Assembly (NCBI GenBank): GCA_041394885.1
Contig: JAWKHI010000018.1
Coordinates: 48,754 to 112,753 of the forward strand
Direction: 5' to 3'
Source: Bryobacteraceae bacterium
GTDB taxonomy: Bacteria > Acidobacteriota > Terriglobia > Bryobacterales > Bryobacteraceae
Length of the DNA: 64,000 bases
Within the stretch, counting starts at the first letter, position 1, and every line of letters starts with the position of its first letter. The notes under the pieces are model-generated. The model was not told the DNA's origin, ran no database searches, and saw only the letters and a program-made list of their open reading frames with translations. The translations under genes were made by a program, and so were the position numbers. Shown piece after piece: positions 1 through 10,205 of this stretch.

Positions 1-690
1 CTCCTGGTCATTCGCCTTTACGAGATTGCCCGCCTTCACGATCACCGATCCCGCCCGCCCGTGGATCGGCGACTTTAAATAGCAGTAAGACAAGTTGAGC
101 CGCGCGTTGGCGAGCGCCGCCTCATCGGCCAGGATCGCTGCCCGCACGCTCTCGATCCCAGCGCTCTGCGCGCGCACCGCCGTGCGCCTCGCTCGCGCTT
201 CCACCGCGGCCTGATCCGCCATTTCGCGCGAGAAGATTCCCTGTTCCGCCAGCTTGCCGTACCGTTCCGCCTGTTTTCCATAGTGGGCGTCCTGCGCCTC
301 CGCGCTCGCTAGCGTTGCCTCGTTTTGCTTCAGGAGCGCACGGTCCCGCGCGATATTTGCTTCCAGTTGCCGTATGGCTTCGAGGTAGGGCTTGTCCCAG
401 ACATCGAAAAGACGCTCGCCGGCCTTGACCATCTGGCCATCGGCGATATGGACTTTCATCAGGGTTCCGCTCACCAGCGCCTTCACCGCCACCGTCGTCG
501 AGGCCTCTACGTTGCCGACGGCCGCGATTTCCACCGGCACCGTCCGCGTCTCCGAGATCGCCACCCGAACCGGCGCCGGCGGCGGTGCTGTTGCCGCACC
601 CGCGGCCTGCGTCGAGGACCTCTGGCACGAGGCGAGACAAACGCAGACCGCTGCCGCGGCGAAAGCATGGCGATTGTTGAATCGGTGCAT
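1..690 (-). CDS. RND efflux periplasmic adaptor (HlyD/AcrA-type membrane fusion protein), N-terminal 230 codons; 3' end lies beyond the window start
   Basis: Hand translation from ATG 690..688 gives MHRFNNRHAFAAAAVCVCLASCQ (lipoprotein-like signal), then AVKALVSGTLMKVHIADGQMVKAGERLFDVWDKP and HGRAGSVIVKAGNLVKANDQE. The frame stays open to position 1, so it is absent from the ORF track. Confidence 0.75.
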   Translation of the reverse strand, partial: MHRFNNRHAFAAAAVCVCLASCQRSSTQAAGAATAPPPAPVRVAISETRTVPVEIAAVGNVEASTTVAVKALVSGTLMKVHIADGQMVKAGERLFDVWDKPYLEAIRQLEANIARDRALLKQNEATLASAEAQDAHYGKQAERYGKLAEQGIFSREMADQAAVEARARRTAVRAQSAGIESVRAAILADEAALANARLNLSYCYLKSPIHGRAGSVIVKAGNLVKANDQE

Positions 691-1047
691 TGGTTACATA
701 ACCAGGATACTTCCGCCCGGGGTAGTTTTTCCGTTCACGCGATCCGGAAAAGCCTATCCCCTCTGTTGCTGCGCCGGCGTCGCGCGGGCCCCGAGTCCCG
801 GCCTCCGGACTGCTACACTGCGTATGCGAAAGCCGGTCTCGGGTCTCGGAACGGCCCGCGATAGAAGTCAAGGATGCGGCGAAGTTAACGAAAATGACGG
901 AACAAAGCCAATTCGAATGGGTTTTAACTAATTGCAATGAAGATAGTTACCCCACTTTCGGCTTGCGCCGGACAAACCCGATTTTCACCTTTTTACAGGA
1001 TCGGGAAACCCAATCCCGGCGAGAGGCGTAGACTGAGGAGTGGAGGG

Positions 1048-1842
1048 ATGCGTATGTTGTACCTGATGTTTCTCGCCGCCGCCGGGCTCTACGCCCAGGC
1101 GGGCGATGCGCCCGATCCGGTTTCTCCGCCGGGAGGTCAAGTGTTTCAAGTGGATACCGGTACGCGTATTCCTCTCAGCCTCATCAATAGCATCTCCACC
1201 AAGCAGGCCGCCGAGGGCGACCGCGTCTACCTCGAGAGCGTCTTTCCCATCCTCGTCGACGGCCGCATCGTCATCCCGCCCGGCAGCTACGTGGCTGGCA
1301 CCGTCACCAGTGTCAAGCGCGCCGGCCGCCTCAAGGGCCGCGCCGAGTTGTTCGTCCGCTTTGACTCTCTCACCCTCCCCAACGGCGTCACCCGCGATTT
1401 TCGCGCTCGCATCGGCTCGCTCGACGGCCAGGCCGGCGAAGAACTCGACCGCACCGAGGGTAAGGTCAAAGGCGAGGGCAACCGCGGTGGCGACGCCCGT
1501 ACTGTCGGCGAGGCCGCGGCTGGAGGCACTACCATTGGCGCCATCGCTGGTTCCGCCGCCGGACGCTCCGGCATGGGCGCGGGTATCGGCGCCGCCGCCG
1601 GCGCCACCGCCGGCTTGGTCGGCGTCCTTCTCCAGCGCGGCCCGGACGCGGTTCTCGCCCGCGGCTCCACGATCGAAATGGTCCTTGATCGTTCGCTTGC
1701 CTTCTCGCCGGACGAACTCGACTTTGACAACGCCTCCGCCGGCCGGAGGTCCTTCAATGGGCCCTCGGGTCCTTCCCCTAGGAAGCAGCGTCAGCCTCTT
1801 CCCCTACCCGGGCGAGGTATTCCTGGGAACCGGATTCCGTAG
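1048..1842 (+). CDS. secreted TrbI/VirB10-like domain protein with a Gly/Ala-rich C-terminal half
   Basis: Lies in ORF 937..1842. The internal ATG at 1048 is preceded by GGAGGG and followed by the signal peptide MRMLYLMFLAAAGLYAQA. TGTRIPLSLINSISTKQAAEGDRVYLESVFPILVDGRIVIPPGSYVAGTV fits the TrbI/VirB10 core pattern. Confidence 0.6.
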   Translation: MRMLYLMFLAAAGLYAQAGDAPDPVSPPGGQVFQVDTGTRIPLSLINSISTKQAAEGDRVYLESVFPILVDGRIVIPPGSYVAGTVTSVKRAGRLKGRAELFVRFDSLTLPNGVTRDFRARIGSLDGQAGEELDRTEGKVKGEGNRGGDARTVGEAAAGGTTIGAIAGSAAGRSGMGAGIGAAAGATAGLVGVLLQRGPDAVLARGSTIEMVLDRSLAFSPDELDFDNASAGRRSFNGPSGPSPRKQRQPLPLPGRGIPGNRIP

Positions 1843-1925
1843 GGGCGCGGCCCCCTACGGGCATTTTCCCCATTGCACCCCTAATCCTCCTTACCGGATC
1901 CGACGATGAGAAGAGGGAACGGGCT

Positions 1926-4616
1926 ATGGTACTCGGGATTCAATTAATCATCTTTCTAAGCCTCGCGGTCGTGCTGGCGATCACCTTCGTTGCGCTCCTC
2001 TGCGATTTCTTGAAAGGCAACAACGAACAGTTGCAGCAGCGCAACATCGAATTGCGCGTGCGTCAGGACGAAAGGGACCGTCTGGGATTGTCTCAGCCCT
2101 TGGCGTGGCTCCAAGGCCTTGCTGCGCTGGCTCGCCAGCCGCAAGCCGCCGAGGCCTTCGCGTCCTCGTTCGGAACCGATGCGCCGGCGCAACCGGCCCC
2201 TCCGCGCCCGCAACCGGCTCCCGCGGCTCGCGCGGCCGAGCCTCCCGTCCAGGAATCTCCCGCCCCCACCGTAGAGACCGATATCGCCGTCCCGGCCGGC
2301 GAATCGGAAGTGCCAGCGTCTATGACCGCGCGCAAGCGGTACGACGACATGAAGGCCACCACCCGCGCCACCAGTTGGGCGAGCAAGGAAGAGCTCGAGC
2401 AACTGGCCGGCCGCGCCGCGCGTATCCGCGCCCGCCACGAAGCGTCCCAACAGGAAGCCCCCAAGCCTCCAGCCACACCGGAACCGGTCATCGCGGACCA
2501 ACCGCCCGTCCAGACTGTACCTGCCGGTGCGCTGCCTTTCCTCGCCACCAGTGCGTCCCGTCTGGCTGAGGTCAAGCCGATTCGCGAAACAGCTCCCCCC
2601 GCCGCCGCCCCGGAACCGGAACTCGAATCCGAGGAAATCGCCTTCTCCGAAGAGAGCGAATGGGAGTTCAGCGTCGAGGGCCACGAGGTTCCCGAATCAG
2701 CCGCCACCGAACCGCCTTCCTTTGACAGCGTCGACCTTCCGGAACCTTCCGGCCGCGATCTTCCGGAAATGGATGCGGCCGCTGACCTTGCCCCGGCGAT
2801 GCAGAGCGAGCCAGCCAAGGAACAAACAGCCGAGGACAACCCGGCTTGGCGGTTCACTCCGACCGATCCCCCAGACGCTGCTGGTGTAGCGGTCTCCCAG
2901 CCCCAATCGGAACCCGAGCCGCTCATCGCGGACCTGGCGCCAGTGCAGGGAGAAAGCGCCGGACTCGACGGGCAGGAAATCGGGCCAGACCCAATGGTGC
3001 AAAGCCCAGTGGTGCAAAGCGAACACGGGCCGAACCAAGAAGCCGGGCAACCGGCTTCGCTCGACGTTGAGGACCCCCACTTCGCTCCGGCCCTGTTCGA
3101 GGAAGAATCCCTCGAGGCGGAAGCGTTCGCGACGGAAGCACTCGAGCCGGAATCGATTGTCGAAATCGATGAGCCCGCCGATCTCGAACCCGAACCGGTC
3201 TCTCAGTCCATCGGAGAAGAATCGGCTCCGGCCCGCTCCTCTTTGCCCGATCTGGCCACCAGCCAAATTATTGCGCGCGGAACCGTCGACACCGACACGC
3301 TCAGCCCGGGTCTCGATTTCCGGAAGCGCCCCGAACCCGCGCGGCCGGAACAGCCGGAACTCGTCTCATTGATTTCCGATCTCGTCGACACCGAAACCCC
3401 AGTCTCCGCCGCGCCACCGGATCGGCACAAACTAGCCGGTACGGAGGCTTCTCCGGAATCGCGCCGCGACGCGACGGAGGAAGATGGCTCCTTCCAGGAC
3501 ATCGCCTCGGAAATCCTGTCTGCCTATCCCAGCCCGGCGCCCGCGGAGGCTCCCGCCGCCGGGCAAGCCGGAACGGACCCATCCGCCGCCCCGCCGCCCA
3601 TCCCTGACTTGGCGGGCGGCGGGGCCCGCGAGATTCCGGATGCCGGCGAGTTCCATTTTGACCTCGACGAGGAGCTCAATCGCGCCGCCGCCGAAGCTGC
3701 CGCCAGGGCCGATCAGGATTCCGGCAGCGAGTGGTCATGGTCGCCCTCCGAGCCGGACCCCGCCGCCACCGAACCCTCCTTCTTCGAAGCCGCGAATTTC
3801 GATCTCTCGTTCGACCGCGAATCCCGCGAGCCGTCCCGGGCGGCTGAGGGAGAACCCTCGGTCCTTCGCCGCGACGCTGCGCAAGATCAACGCGACGCAG
3901 CCAGCAACCAGATGGACGTGGCGGCTCTGTTGGCCTCGGCCGGTTCCGCCTCCTTCGATCGCGGCAACGTCCCGGTGCCACCGGATTTCGGAGCCTCGCA
4001 ACAATTCGAATCATCGCCGCAAGGCTGGCTCGATGAGGAAACACAACCTGCGGCGAGTTCCCGCGACCCACGCGATCGCCAGGATCTCGAGATGCGCGCG
4101 GTCGACATCGGCGAACCCGAACCGCCCGCCGTCCACGTACCCGCCGGTTTGCACCCGGCCGAGGCGCTCGGGCAGTTGATCGAGTCCCAGCACGAGTTCC
4201 GTGGCGTGGCCGTCGCGGTGGGCATCAACGACTACGACAACCTCAAGGACAAACTCGCCGCTTCGGCCAGCTCCGACTCCCTGGCCGCCCTCAACCGCAT
4301 GATCGCTTCCATGCTCGGACCGCAGGACTTCGCCGCGCGCTTCACCGACGACGAATTCATTCTCCTGTACCCCGGCGAAAGCGGTTCCGCGGCACAGCGC
4401 CGTCTGTTCCAGGTTTCCGAAAAGCTCTGGGACTTCCAGCTCCGTTCCCTCGGCAGCCTCTCGATCATGTTCAGCTGGGGCGGCCTCGAGGTCAACGGCG
4501 AGACCTTCGCCGACAGTGTTACCGCCGCGCGCGAGCGCATGTACCAGACACGGCGCAGCCGCAAGAACTCCCAGCTCGAACTCGGCATCACCCGGCGCAG
4601 AGTCGTCAACGGCTAA
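1926..4616 (+). CDS. membrane-anchored protein with about 700 aa of acidic Pro/Glu/Ala-rich low-complexity sequence and a degenerate C-terminal GGDEF domain
   Basis: 896-aa ORF. N-terminal TM helix LIIFLSLAVVLAITFVALLC. C-terminal VAVGINDYDNLKD...AARFTDDEFILLYPGES has GGDEF-domain architecture, with TDDEF in place of GGDEF. Confidence 0.7.
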   Translation: MVLGIQLIIFLSLAVVLAITFVALLCDFLKGNNEQLQQRNIELRVRQDERDRLGLSQPLAWLQGLAALARQPQAAEAFASSFGTDAPAQPAPPRPQPAPAARAAEPPVQESPAPTVETDIAVPAGESEVPASMTARKRYDDMKATTRATSWASKEELEQLAGRAARIRARHEASQQEAPKPPATPEPVIADQPPVQTVPAGALPFLATSASRLAEVKPIRETAPPAAAPEPELESEEIAFSEESEWEFSVEGHEVPESAATEPPSFDSVDLPEPSGRDLPEMDAAADLAPAMQSEPAKEQTAEDNPAWRFTPTDPPDAAGVAVSQPQSEPEPLIADLAPVQGESAGLDGQEIGPDPMVQSPVVQSEHGPNQEAGQPASLDVEDPHFAPALFEEESLEAEAFATEALEPESIVEIDEPADLEPEPVSQSIGEESAPARSSLPDLATSQIIARGTVDTDTLSPGLDFRKRPEPARPEQPELVSLISDLVDTETPVSAAPPDRHKLAGTEASPESRRDATEEDGSFQDIASEILSAYPSPAPAEAPAAGQAGTDPSAAPPPIPDLAGGGAREIPDAGEFHFDLDEELNRAAAEAAARADQDSGSEWSWSPSEPDPAATEPSFFEAANFDLSFDRESREPSRAAEGEPSVLRRDAAQDQRDAASNQMDVAALLASAGSASFDRGNVPVPPDFGASQQFESSPQGWLDEETQPAASSRDPRDRQDLEMRAVDIGEPEPPAVHVPAGLHPAEALGQLIESQHEFRGVAVAVGINDYDNLKDKLAASASSDSLAALNRMIASMLGPQDFAARFTDDEFILLYPGESGSAAQRRLFQVSEKLWDFQLRSLGSLSIMFSWGGLEVNGETFADSVTAARERMYQTRRSRKNSQLELGITRRRVVNG

Positions 4617-4771
4617 TCGCAGGGTCCCTCCCACGCGTTTTTCGGCCCAGGGGGCGAAAACGCCGAAAAGCGGGGCGAATCGAGCCCCCGGCGAGGCGCT
4701 CCGATGCAACTTTTGCGAACGGTTTTCTGCTGTGGTTCGTCTAACACAAGTCACCACGCAGTGAGCCAGCA

Positions 4772-5944
4772 ATGTTGGGGATCACCACTACAGCCAACCG
4801 GCCCGTCGACCGGTACCGCACCGCCGGCCTCATCGCCGCTTTCTGGACACTCGAGGCTTTGTACTCGGCGGCCCAAGTTGTGTACCGCACCTCATGGTCC
4901 GAGAAGCCATGGGCCTGGTCCGAGGCACTGCGTTCCGAGTTTTGTTACGCCTGGCTCGGCGCCTGCCTCACTCCCGCCATCCTGTGGCTAGCCCGCCGGT
5001 ACCCGATTGACCGCCGGCAAGGGCTTGGGCGGGTAGCGATCCATCTCGGCGCCGCGACAGTTTTTGCCACCGTCATGAAGCTCCAGTGGGATGTTACCAA
5101 CGGTAAGATCACCCCGTACTGGATCAGTAAAGGCGTATCGCTCGAACGGCTGATGCAGTCGGTGGTGCAAGCCTACGACCTCGGCTTCGTCCTCTACTGG
5201 GGTATCCTCCTCGCCATCCTCGCCGCCGTCTTCTACGGCCGCTATCAACAGTCCCGCCTCGAATCAGCGCAACTGCAAACCGAGCTCGTACAGGCGCAAT
5301 TGCAGGCGCTTCGGGCGCAGCTCGACCCTCATTTTCTGTTCAACACCCTCCACGGCGTGTCTGAGCTCGTCCACTCGGACCCGGTGGCCGCCGAGCGCAT
5401 GATCGCCGGCCTGAGCGAATTATTGCGCCGGTCCCTCGACACCGCCGCGTTGCCGGCGGTGCCCCTGCGAGAGGAGTTGGCATTCCTCGAGATCTTCCTC
5501 GATATCGAGCGAACCCGGTTTGAAGACCGGTTGGACGTTCGCTTCGACATCGCGCCGGAGACCGAAGACGCGCTGGTTCCCGGCATGATCCTGCAGCCGC
5601 TGGTCGAAAACGCCATCCGGCACGGTATCGGCGGAAGGATCGGCGGCGGCGCCGTCACGGTCCGGGCCCGGATGTCGGGCGCGCTCACGGAAGCCACCGC
5701 AACCGTGGTCCTCACTGTCCTCGACGATGGCGACGGACTCCCGGCGCGGGCGCCGCGTGAAGGCATCGGGCTCCGATCGGTGCGCGGCCGCCTCGAAAGG
5801 CTCCACGGTGCCGAGTCGCGCTTCACGCTGGAAGCCACGCCCCATGGCACCGAAGCCCGGATCGAGATCCCCTATCGGCAGTCTCCACCCGGCGCCTTCC
5901 GTCATCCCGAACCCGAAAGAGTGATCGCCCATGTCTCCGATTAA
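4772..5944 (+). CDS. LytS/YehU-type sensor histidine kinase
   Basis: Multi-TM N-terminus, then LRAQLDPHFLFNTLHGVSELV (His_kinase PF06580 motif) and an HATPase_c segment (LQPLVENAIRHGI...DDGDGL). Confidence 0.85.
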   Translation: MLGITTTANRPVDRYRTAGLIAAFWTLEALYSAAQVVYRTSWSEKPWAWSEALRSEFCYAWLGACLTPAILWLARRYPIDRRQGLGRVAIHLGAATVFATVMKLQWDVTNGKITPYWISKGVSLERLMQSVVQAYDLGFVLYWGILLAILAAVFYGRYQQSRLESAQLQTELVQAQLQALRAQLDPHFLFNTLHGVSELVHSDPVAAERMIAGLSELLRRSLDTAALPAVPLREELAFLEIFLDIERTRFEDRLDVRFDIAPETEDALVPGMILQPLVENAIRHGIGGRIGGGAVTVRARMSGALTEATATVVLTVLDDGDGLPARAPREGIGLRSVRGRLERLHGAESRFTLEATPHGTEARIEIPYRQSPPGAFRHPEPERVIAHVSD

Positions 5945-6704
5945 AGCCTTGATTGCCGACGATGAACGGCTGGCTCGCAACCGGATCCGGCGGCTGCTTT
6001 CGCTCGACGCCGACATCGAGATCGCCGGAGAGTGCGAAAGCGGCACGCAGACCGTGGAGGCCATGCGCGCCCAACAGCCGCACCTTCTTTTCCTCGATAT
6101 CCAGATGCCGGGGCTCGATGGCTTCGGAGTGCTCGAGGCCGTGGACCGGGAGAAGTTCCCGGTCGTCGTGTTCGTCACCGCCTACGATGCCTACGCGCTC
6201 AAGGCGTTCGAAGTGCACGCTTTCGACTATCTTCTCAAGCCTTTTGACCGGAAGCGCTTTCATGAAGTGCTCAAGCGAGCCAAGCAGCAGGTGACTCTCA
6301 TCCGGTCCGGGGAGACCAACAGCCGGCTGCTCGAACTGATCGAGAATCTCGATTCCCAGCGGCCCGGCGTGGGGCGCATCGCCATTCGATCGGGCGGGCA
6401 CGTGGCACTGGTGAAAACCGATTCGATCGACTGGGTGGAAGCCGCCGACAACTACGTGTGTCTCCACTGCGGCGCCGAGACGCATATCGTGCGGGAGACG
6501 ATGAATTCATTCGAGCAGCGGCTGGATCCACACCGCTTCCTCCGCATCCATCGCTCCACTATCGTCAACCTCGATCAAGTCAAGGAAATGCTTCCCTGGT
6601 TTCGCGGCGACTATCAAGTGATTCTGCACACGGGAGCAAAGCTTACCCTTTCCAGAAGCTATAGGGATAAATTGCGGGGCGTGTTGCTGAAAACGTCGTT
6701 GTGA
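5931..6704 (+). CDS. LytTR-family response regulator
   Basis: Receiver domain (ALIADDERLARNRI...LFLDIQMPGLDG) plus a LytTR DNA-binding domain (...FLRIHRSTIVNLDQV). Overlaps the kinase gene by 14 nt. Confidence 0.9.
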   Translation: MSPIKALIADDERLARNRIRRLLSLDADIEIAGECESGTQTVEAMRAQQPHLLFLDIQMPGLDGFGVLEAVDREKFPVVVFVTAYDAYALKAFEVHAFDYLLKPFDRKRFHEVLKRAKQQVTLIRSGETNSRLLELIENLDSQRPGVGRIAIRSGGHVALVKTDSIDWVEAADNYVCLHCGAETHIVRETMNSFEQRLDPHRFLRIHRSTIVNLDQVKEMLPWFRGDYQVILHTGAKLTLSRSYRDKLRGVLLKTSL

Positions 6705-6738
6705 AATCTGTAATATAATAGGGACTTCGTTTCCAGCA

Positions 6739-9039
6739 ATGAACCCCGACGGGTCCGTGCCGGGAACCTCCACTCACCCAGGTACGGGACGGCAGCCATA
6801 CCTGGTTTCACTGGCCGTCCTGCTAGTGTCGTTGGCGGTGACGGCGTCTTTATGGTGGCAAGCGTTTGACCGTTCGCGGCGGATGGAATCCGCGCGTCTG
6901 CAGCAGCGGTTCACCCAGATGGCCGCGCTCCTCGAAGACCGGCTGGAGCGGGTCTCCGCTCTGCACGGCGCCATGCGTTCGTTCGTGCGCGATGGGCCTC
7001 TGCCGTCCGGCGCGTGGCCCCGGTACGCCGCCGCCATCGAATCCAGAAACATCCCCGGCCTGGACGGATTCGGCGTCATTGACGGCGCGGGAGCCCAGGT
7101 CTATTGGTTCTCGTCCGCCGGATCCTCGGGCGGCGGATTCTCGATCGCCCCGCTGCCCCAGGACCGGTGGCTGGTCAGCACCACTCCGGCCGCGGACCGA
7201 TGGCGGGTCGCCACCGCCGTTCGGATCGAGGCGTTGATGGCGGGTCTCGATCCTGGATCTTCCGGATGCCGCCTACACCTTAACTGCGGGCAGGACACGG
7301 GAGGCCACGAGCCGGAAGGGAAGGCCGCGAACGGCCTTCCTTCGGGTCAGTTCGAGCGTTCCTTGCCGGCGCCGGCACAAGGTCAGTTCTGCCGCTTGGC
7401 CGCCAGTTTCCCCGGTCCGCCCTCCGCGGAGGGCTCCACGATTCTCGAAGGCGGTCTCGCCCTCAGCCTGACGCTCGCAATGCTGGTGTTTTGGCTGACC
7501 AGGGAACGGGATCTGGCCGCTCGCAGGGCGGTGCTCAACCACGCCGCTTTGCGAAAGAGTGAGACCGACGCGAGGAACCTGATCAGCATCGCCAATCGGA
7601 GCGACAACGGGTTCCTGATCCTCGACGGCGAAGGCCGCGTGCTGTGGGCCAACGATGTCGTGTGCCGGCGTTCGGGATACACGCGCGCGCAGTTGAGCGG
7701 GCGCGACCCGTTCTTCCTCCTGCAGGGCAAAGGCGCCGATATCGCGCACGCCGAAGAGGCGCGCCGAAGCGTGCTGGCCGGTCTACCCGTGCGCTTCGAG
7801 GCTAAGGCCTTCGATCAAGCCGGCGAGGGATATTGGCTCGAGGTGGACCTCCAGCCGATCCCCGCCGGGGCAGCCCGGCTTGAATGCGTGCTCGGCATCT
7901 CGCGTCCGCTGCGGGCAGACCGCGAAATGCGCGACGCCGCGCTTCGCACCCGCCGGGCCATCGAGAGCGTCAGCGAGGGCATCGCGATCTGGGACCGTCA
8001 AGGGCGATACGTCTACCACAATCCGGCCTTTGAGCAGCAGTTCGGCTACACGGTGGATGAGTGCCGTTCCCTAGGCGGACCCGAAGCCCTGTTTGTCGAC
8101 GCGGCTGCCCTCACCGCACTCGGGCACGGCGCCGCCGGCGCCTGCATCGAGGCGGCGATGCGGCGGCGCCAAGGCGGCGTGCGCGAGATGCGAATCACCA
8201 TCAGCACCATCCACAACGAAATGGACGCGCCTATCGGACGCGTGAGTGTGTTCACCGATATCAGCGATGCCAAGCGCGTGGAGCGCCAGTTGCGCGATGC
8301 CCGAGACTCCGCGCTCGCTGCGTCGGCCGCCAAGTCCGCCTTTCTCGCCAACGTGAGTCATGAGCTTCGAACGCCGCTGAATGGGGTCACGGGAATGGTG
8401 AACCTGCTGCTCACCACAGAGTTGGACGCCGAGCAGCGCGAATACGCCCGCCTGGCGCACCTGTCGGGTACCCTGCTGCTGCGCGTGATCAACGATATCC
8501 TCGACTTGTCGAAGCTCGAAGCGGGCCGGCTTCAGCTCGAGTGCGTCCCCTTCGACGCCCGGCTGTTGCTCGAGGAGTGCGGGGCCGTGGAGGCGGTGAC
8601 GGCGAGACACAAAGGCCTCGTTTTCGATGTTCGCGTCGACGCCGGCCTCACCGCGATGCGAAAAGGCGACCCCACGCGCGTGCGGCAGGTAGTCGCGAAT
8701 CTGCTCTCCAACGCGATCAAGTTCACCGAGCGCGGCTGCGTACGTCTGGATGCCCGCGAGCATGCAGGCCTCCTGCGCATCGAAGTGGCCGACTCCGGAA
8801 TCGGAATCCCCGCCGGGGCGATCGAGACGATCTTCGAGCCATTCACGCAAGCCGACTCGACCACCACGCGCCGGTTCGGAGGCACCGGTCTTGGACTCGC
8901 CATCTGCAAACAATTGGTTGGAATGATGAACGGGACCATCGGCGTATCGAGCCAGCCAGGGATGGGGTCCACCTTCACCGTGGACTTGCCGCTCGAGGCA
9001 GTGGAACAGGAAAAAGGATCCCTGCAACTGGTAAGCTGA
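6739..9039 (+). CDS. PAS-domain sensor histidine kinase
   Basis: 766-aa ORF with TM segments flanking an extracytoplasmic region and PAS-like segments. HisKA motif SHELRTPLNGV and HATPase_c motifs (NLLSNAIKFT, DSGIGI, GGTGLGLAI). Confidence 0.85.
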   Translation: MNPDGSVPGTSTHPGTGRQPYLVSLAVLLVSLAVTASLWWQAFDRSRRMESARLQQRFTQMAALLEDRLERVSALHGAMRSFVRDGPLPSGAWPRYAAAIESRNIPGLDGFGVIDGAGAQVYWFSSAGSSGGGFSIAPLPQDRWLVSTTPAADRWRVATAVRIEALMAGLDPGSSGCRLHLNCGQDTGGHEPEGKAANGLPSGQFERSLPAPAQGQFCRLAASFPGPPSAEGSTILEGGLALSLTLAMLVFWLTRERDLAARRAVLNHAALRKSETDARNLISIANRSDNGFLILDGEGRVLWANDVVCRRSGYTRAQLSGRDPFFLLQGKGADIAHAEEARRSVLAGLPVRFEAKAFDQAGEGYWLEVDLQPIPAGAARLECVLGISRPLRADREMRDAALRTRRAIESVSEGIAIWDRQGRYVYHNPAFEQQFGYTVDECRSLGGPEALFVDAAALTALGHGAAGACIEAAMRRRQGGVREMRITISTIHNEMDAPIGRVSVFTDISDAKRVERQLRDARDSALAASAAKSAFLANVSHELRTPLNGVTGMVNLLLTTELDAEQREYARLAHLSGTLLLRVINDILDLSKLEAGRLQLECVPFDARLLLEECGAVEAVTARHKGLVFDVRVDAGLTAMRKGDPTRVRQVVANLLSNAIKFTERGCVRLDAREHAGLLRIEVADSGIGIPAGAIETIFEPFTQADSTTTRRFGGTGLGLAICKQLVGMMNGTIGVSSQPGMGSTFTVDLPLEAVEQEKGSLQLVS

Positions 9040-9046
9040 TTGAGCA

Positions 9047-10204
9047 ATGAATGATCGCCAATCGTGGATGTGGACCCGCCGCAAGCTGCTGACCGCGGCC
9101 GCCTCGCTCGGCTCCCTTCGCGCCCAGACCGCACCGTCTTTCACCGTCGCCGGGAAACGCCCGATGATCCTCCACAACGAGTTTCCCGAGGATCTGGAAG
9201 CACTGCCCGAATATCTCGATACGTGGATCACTCCCTACGATTCGTTCTTCGTGCGGCAGCATCTGCCGCGTCCGAAGGTGGACCCAGGAACGTTCCAGTT
9301 GCAGCTGAGCGGGATGGTCAACCGTCCGGTTTCGATGTCGATCGCCGATCTCCGCAAGCTCCCGCAATACACCGTGCCCGCCACGCTCGAGTGCGCCGGC
9401 AACGGGCGCGGCAACGTCCGTCCCCGCGTACCCGGGCTCCAGTGGACCAAGGGCGCCATCGGCAACGCGGAATGGCGCGGGCCACGCGTGAAGGATGTTC
9501 TCGCCGCCGCTGGAGCCGCCGGGGGAGCCGCTTGGATCAACTGCAACGGCGCCGACAACGGCATGATGAAAACGCCGGACTTCATCCGCTCCATCCCCAT
9601 GCGCAAAGCCCTCCACGAGGCGAGCCTCATCGCGCTCGACATGAACGGGGCGCCGGCGCCGGAACTGCATGGCGGACCCGCGCGGCTCATCGTGCCCGGT
9701 TGGGACGGCGCCAGTTGGGTGAAGTGGGTTTCGAGCATCGAAGTAGCCGCCGAACCGAACAGCGGCTTCTATATGAATCCCGCCTACCGGCAGCCGAAGA
9801 CGCCCGTCGCGCCCGGCGCCGGCGCCAAGCCCGAGGACCTGATCGTGATCGAGGCGATGGCCGTGAAGGCGTTTTTCGCCCGGCCGGCGCAGGGAGCGAA
9901 ACTGCCGCGTGGGCCGGTGAAACTCACCGGCGCGGCCTGGGCAGGCGAAAACCGGGTCACGTCGGTGGAGGTGTCCGCCGATGGCGGGTCCACCTGGAAG
10001 CCCGCGTCCCTGTCGCGCCAGAACTTCCCGTTCGCGTGGCGCACCTGGACTTACGATTGGACGCCGCCGCGCACGGGCTACTTCACACTGTGCTGCCGCG
10101 CTTCCGATTCCGCCGGCCGCATGCAGCCGATCGAAGCTCCGTGGAATCCGTCCGGATACTTGAACAATTCGATCGAGCGGTTGGGCGTGACGGTGGAGGC
10201 CTAA
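9047..10204 (+). CDS. sulfite-oxidase-family molybdopterin oxidoreductase (SorA-like)
   Basis: Twin-arginine leader WTRRKLLTAAASLGSLRA and the Moco-binding Cys motif LECAGNGR. About 385 aa, typical for the family. Confidence 0.8.
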   Translation: MNDRQSWMWTRRKLLTAAASLGSLRAQTAPSFTVAGKRPMILHNEFPEDLEALPEYLDTWITPYDSFFVRQHLPRPKVDPGTFQLQLSGMVNRPVSMSIADLRKLPQYTVPATLECAGNGRGNVRPRVPGLQWTKGAIGNAEWRGPRVKDVLAAAGAAGGAAWINCNGADNGMMKTPDFIRSIPMRKALHEASLIALDMNGAPAPELHGGPARLIVPGWDGASWVKWVSSIEVAAEPNSGFYMNPAYRQPKTPVAPGAGAKPEDLIVIEAMAVKAFFARPAQGAKLPRGPVKLTGAAWAGENRVTSVEVSADGGSTWKPASLSRQNFPFAWRTWTYDWTPPRTGYFTLCCRASDSAGRMQPIEAPWNPSGYLNNSIERLGVTVEA

Positions 10205-10205
10205 G

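Noticed and set aside
691-704. Palindrome TGGTTA-CA-TAACCA immediately upstream of the efflux adaptor start codon (TetR-type operator?).
   Set aside because: It has only 6-bp arms, there is no regulator gene in view, and it could easily occur by chance.
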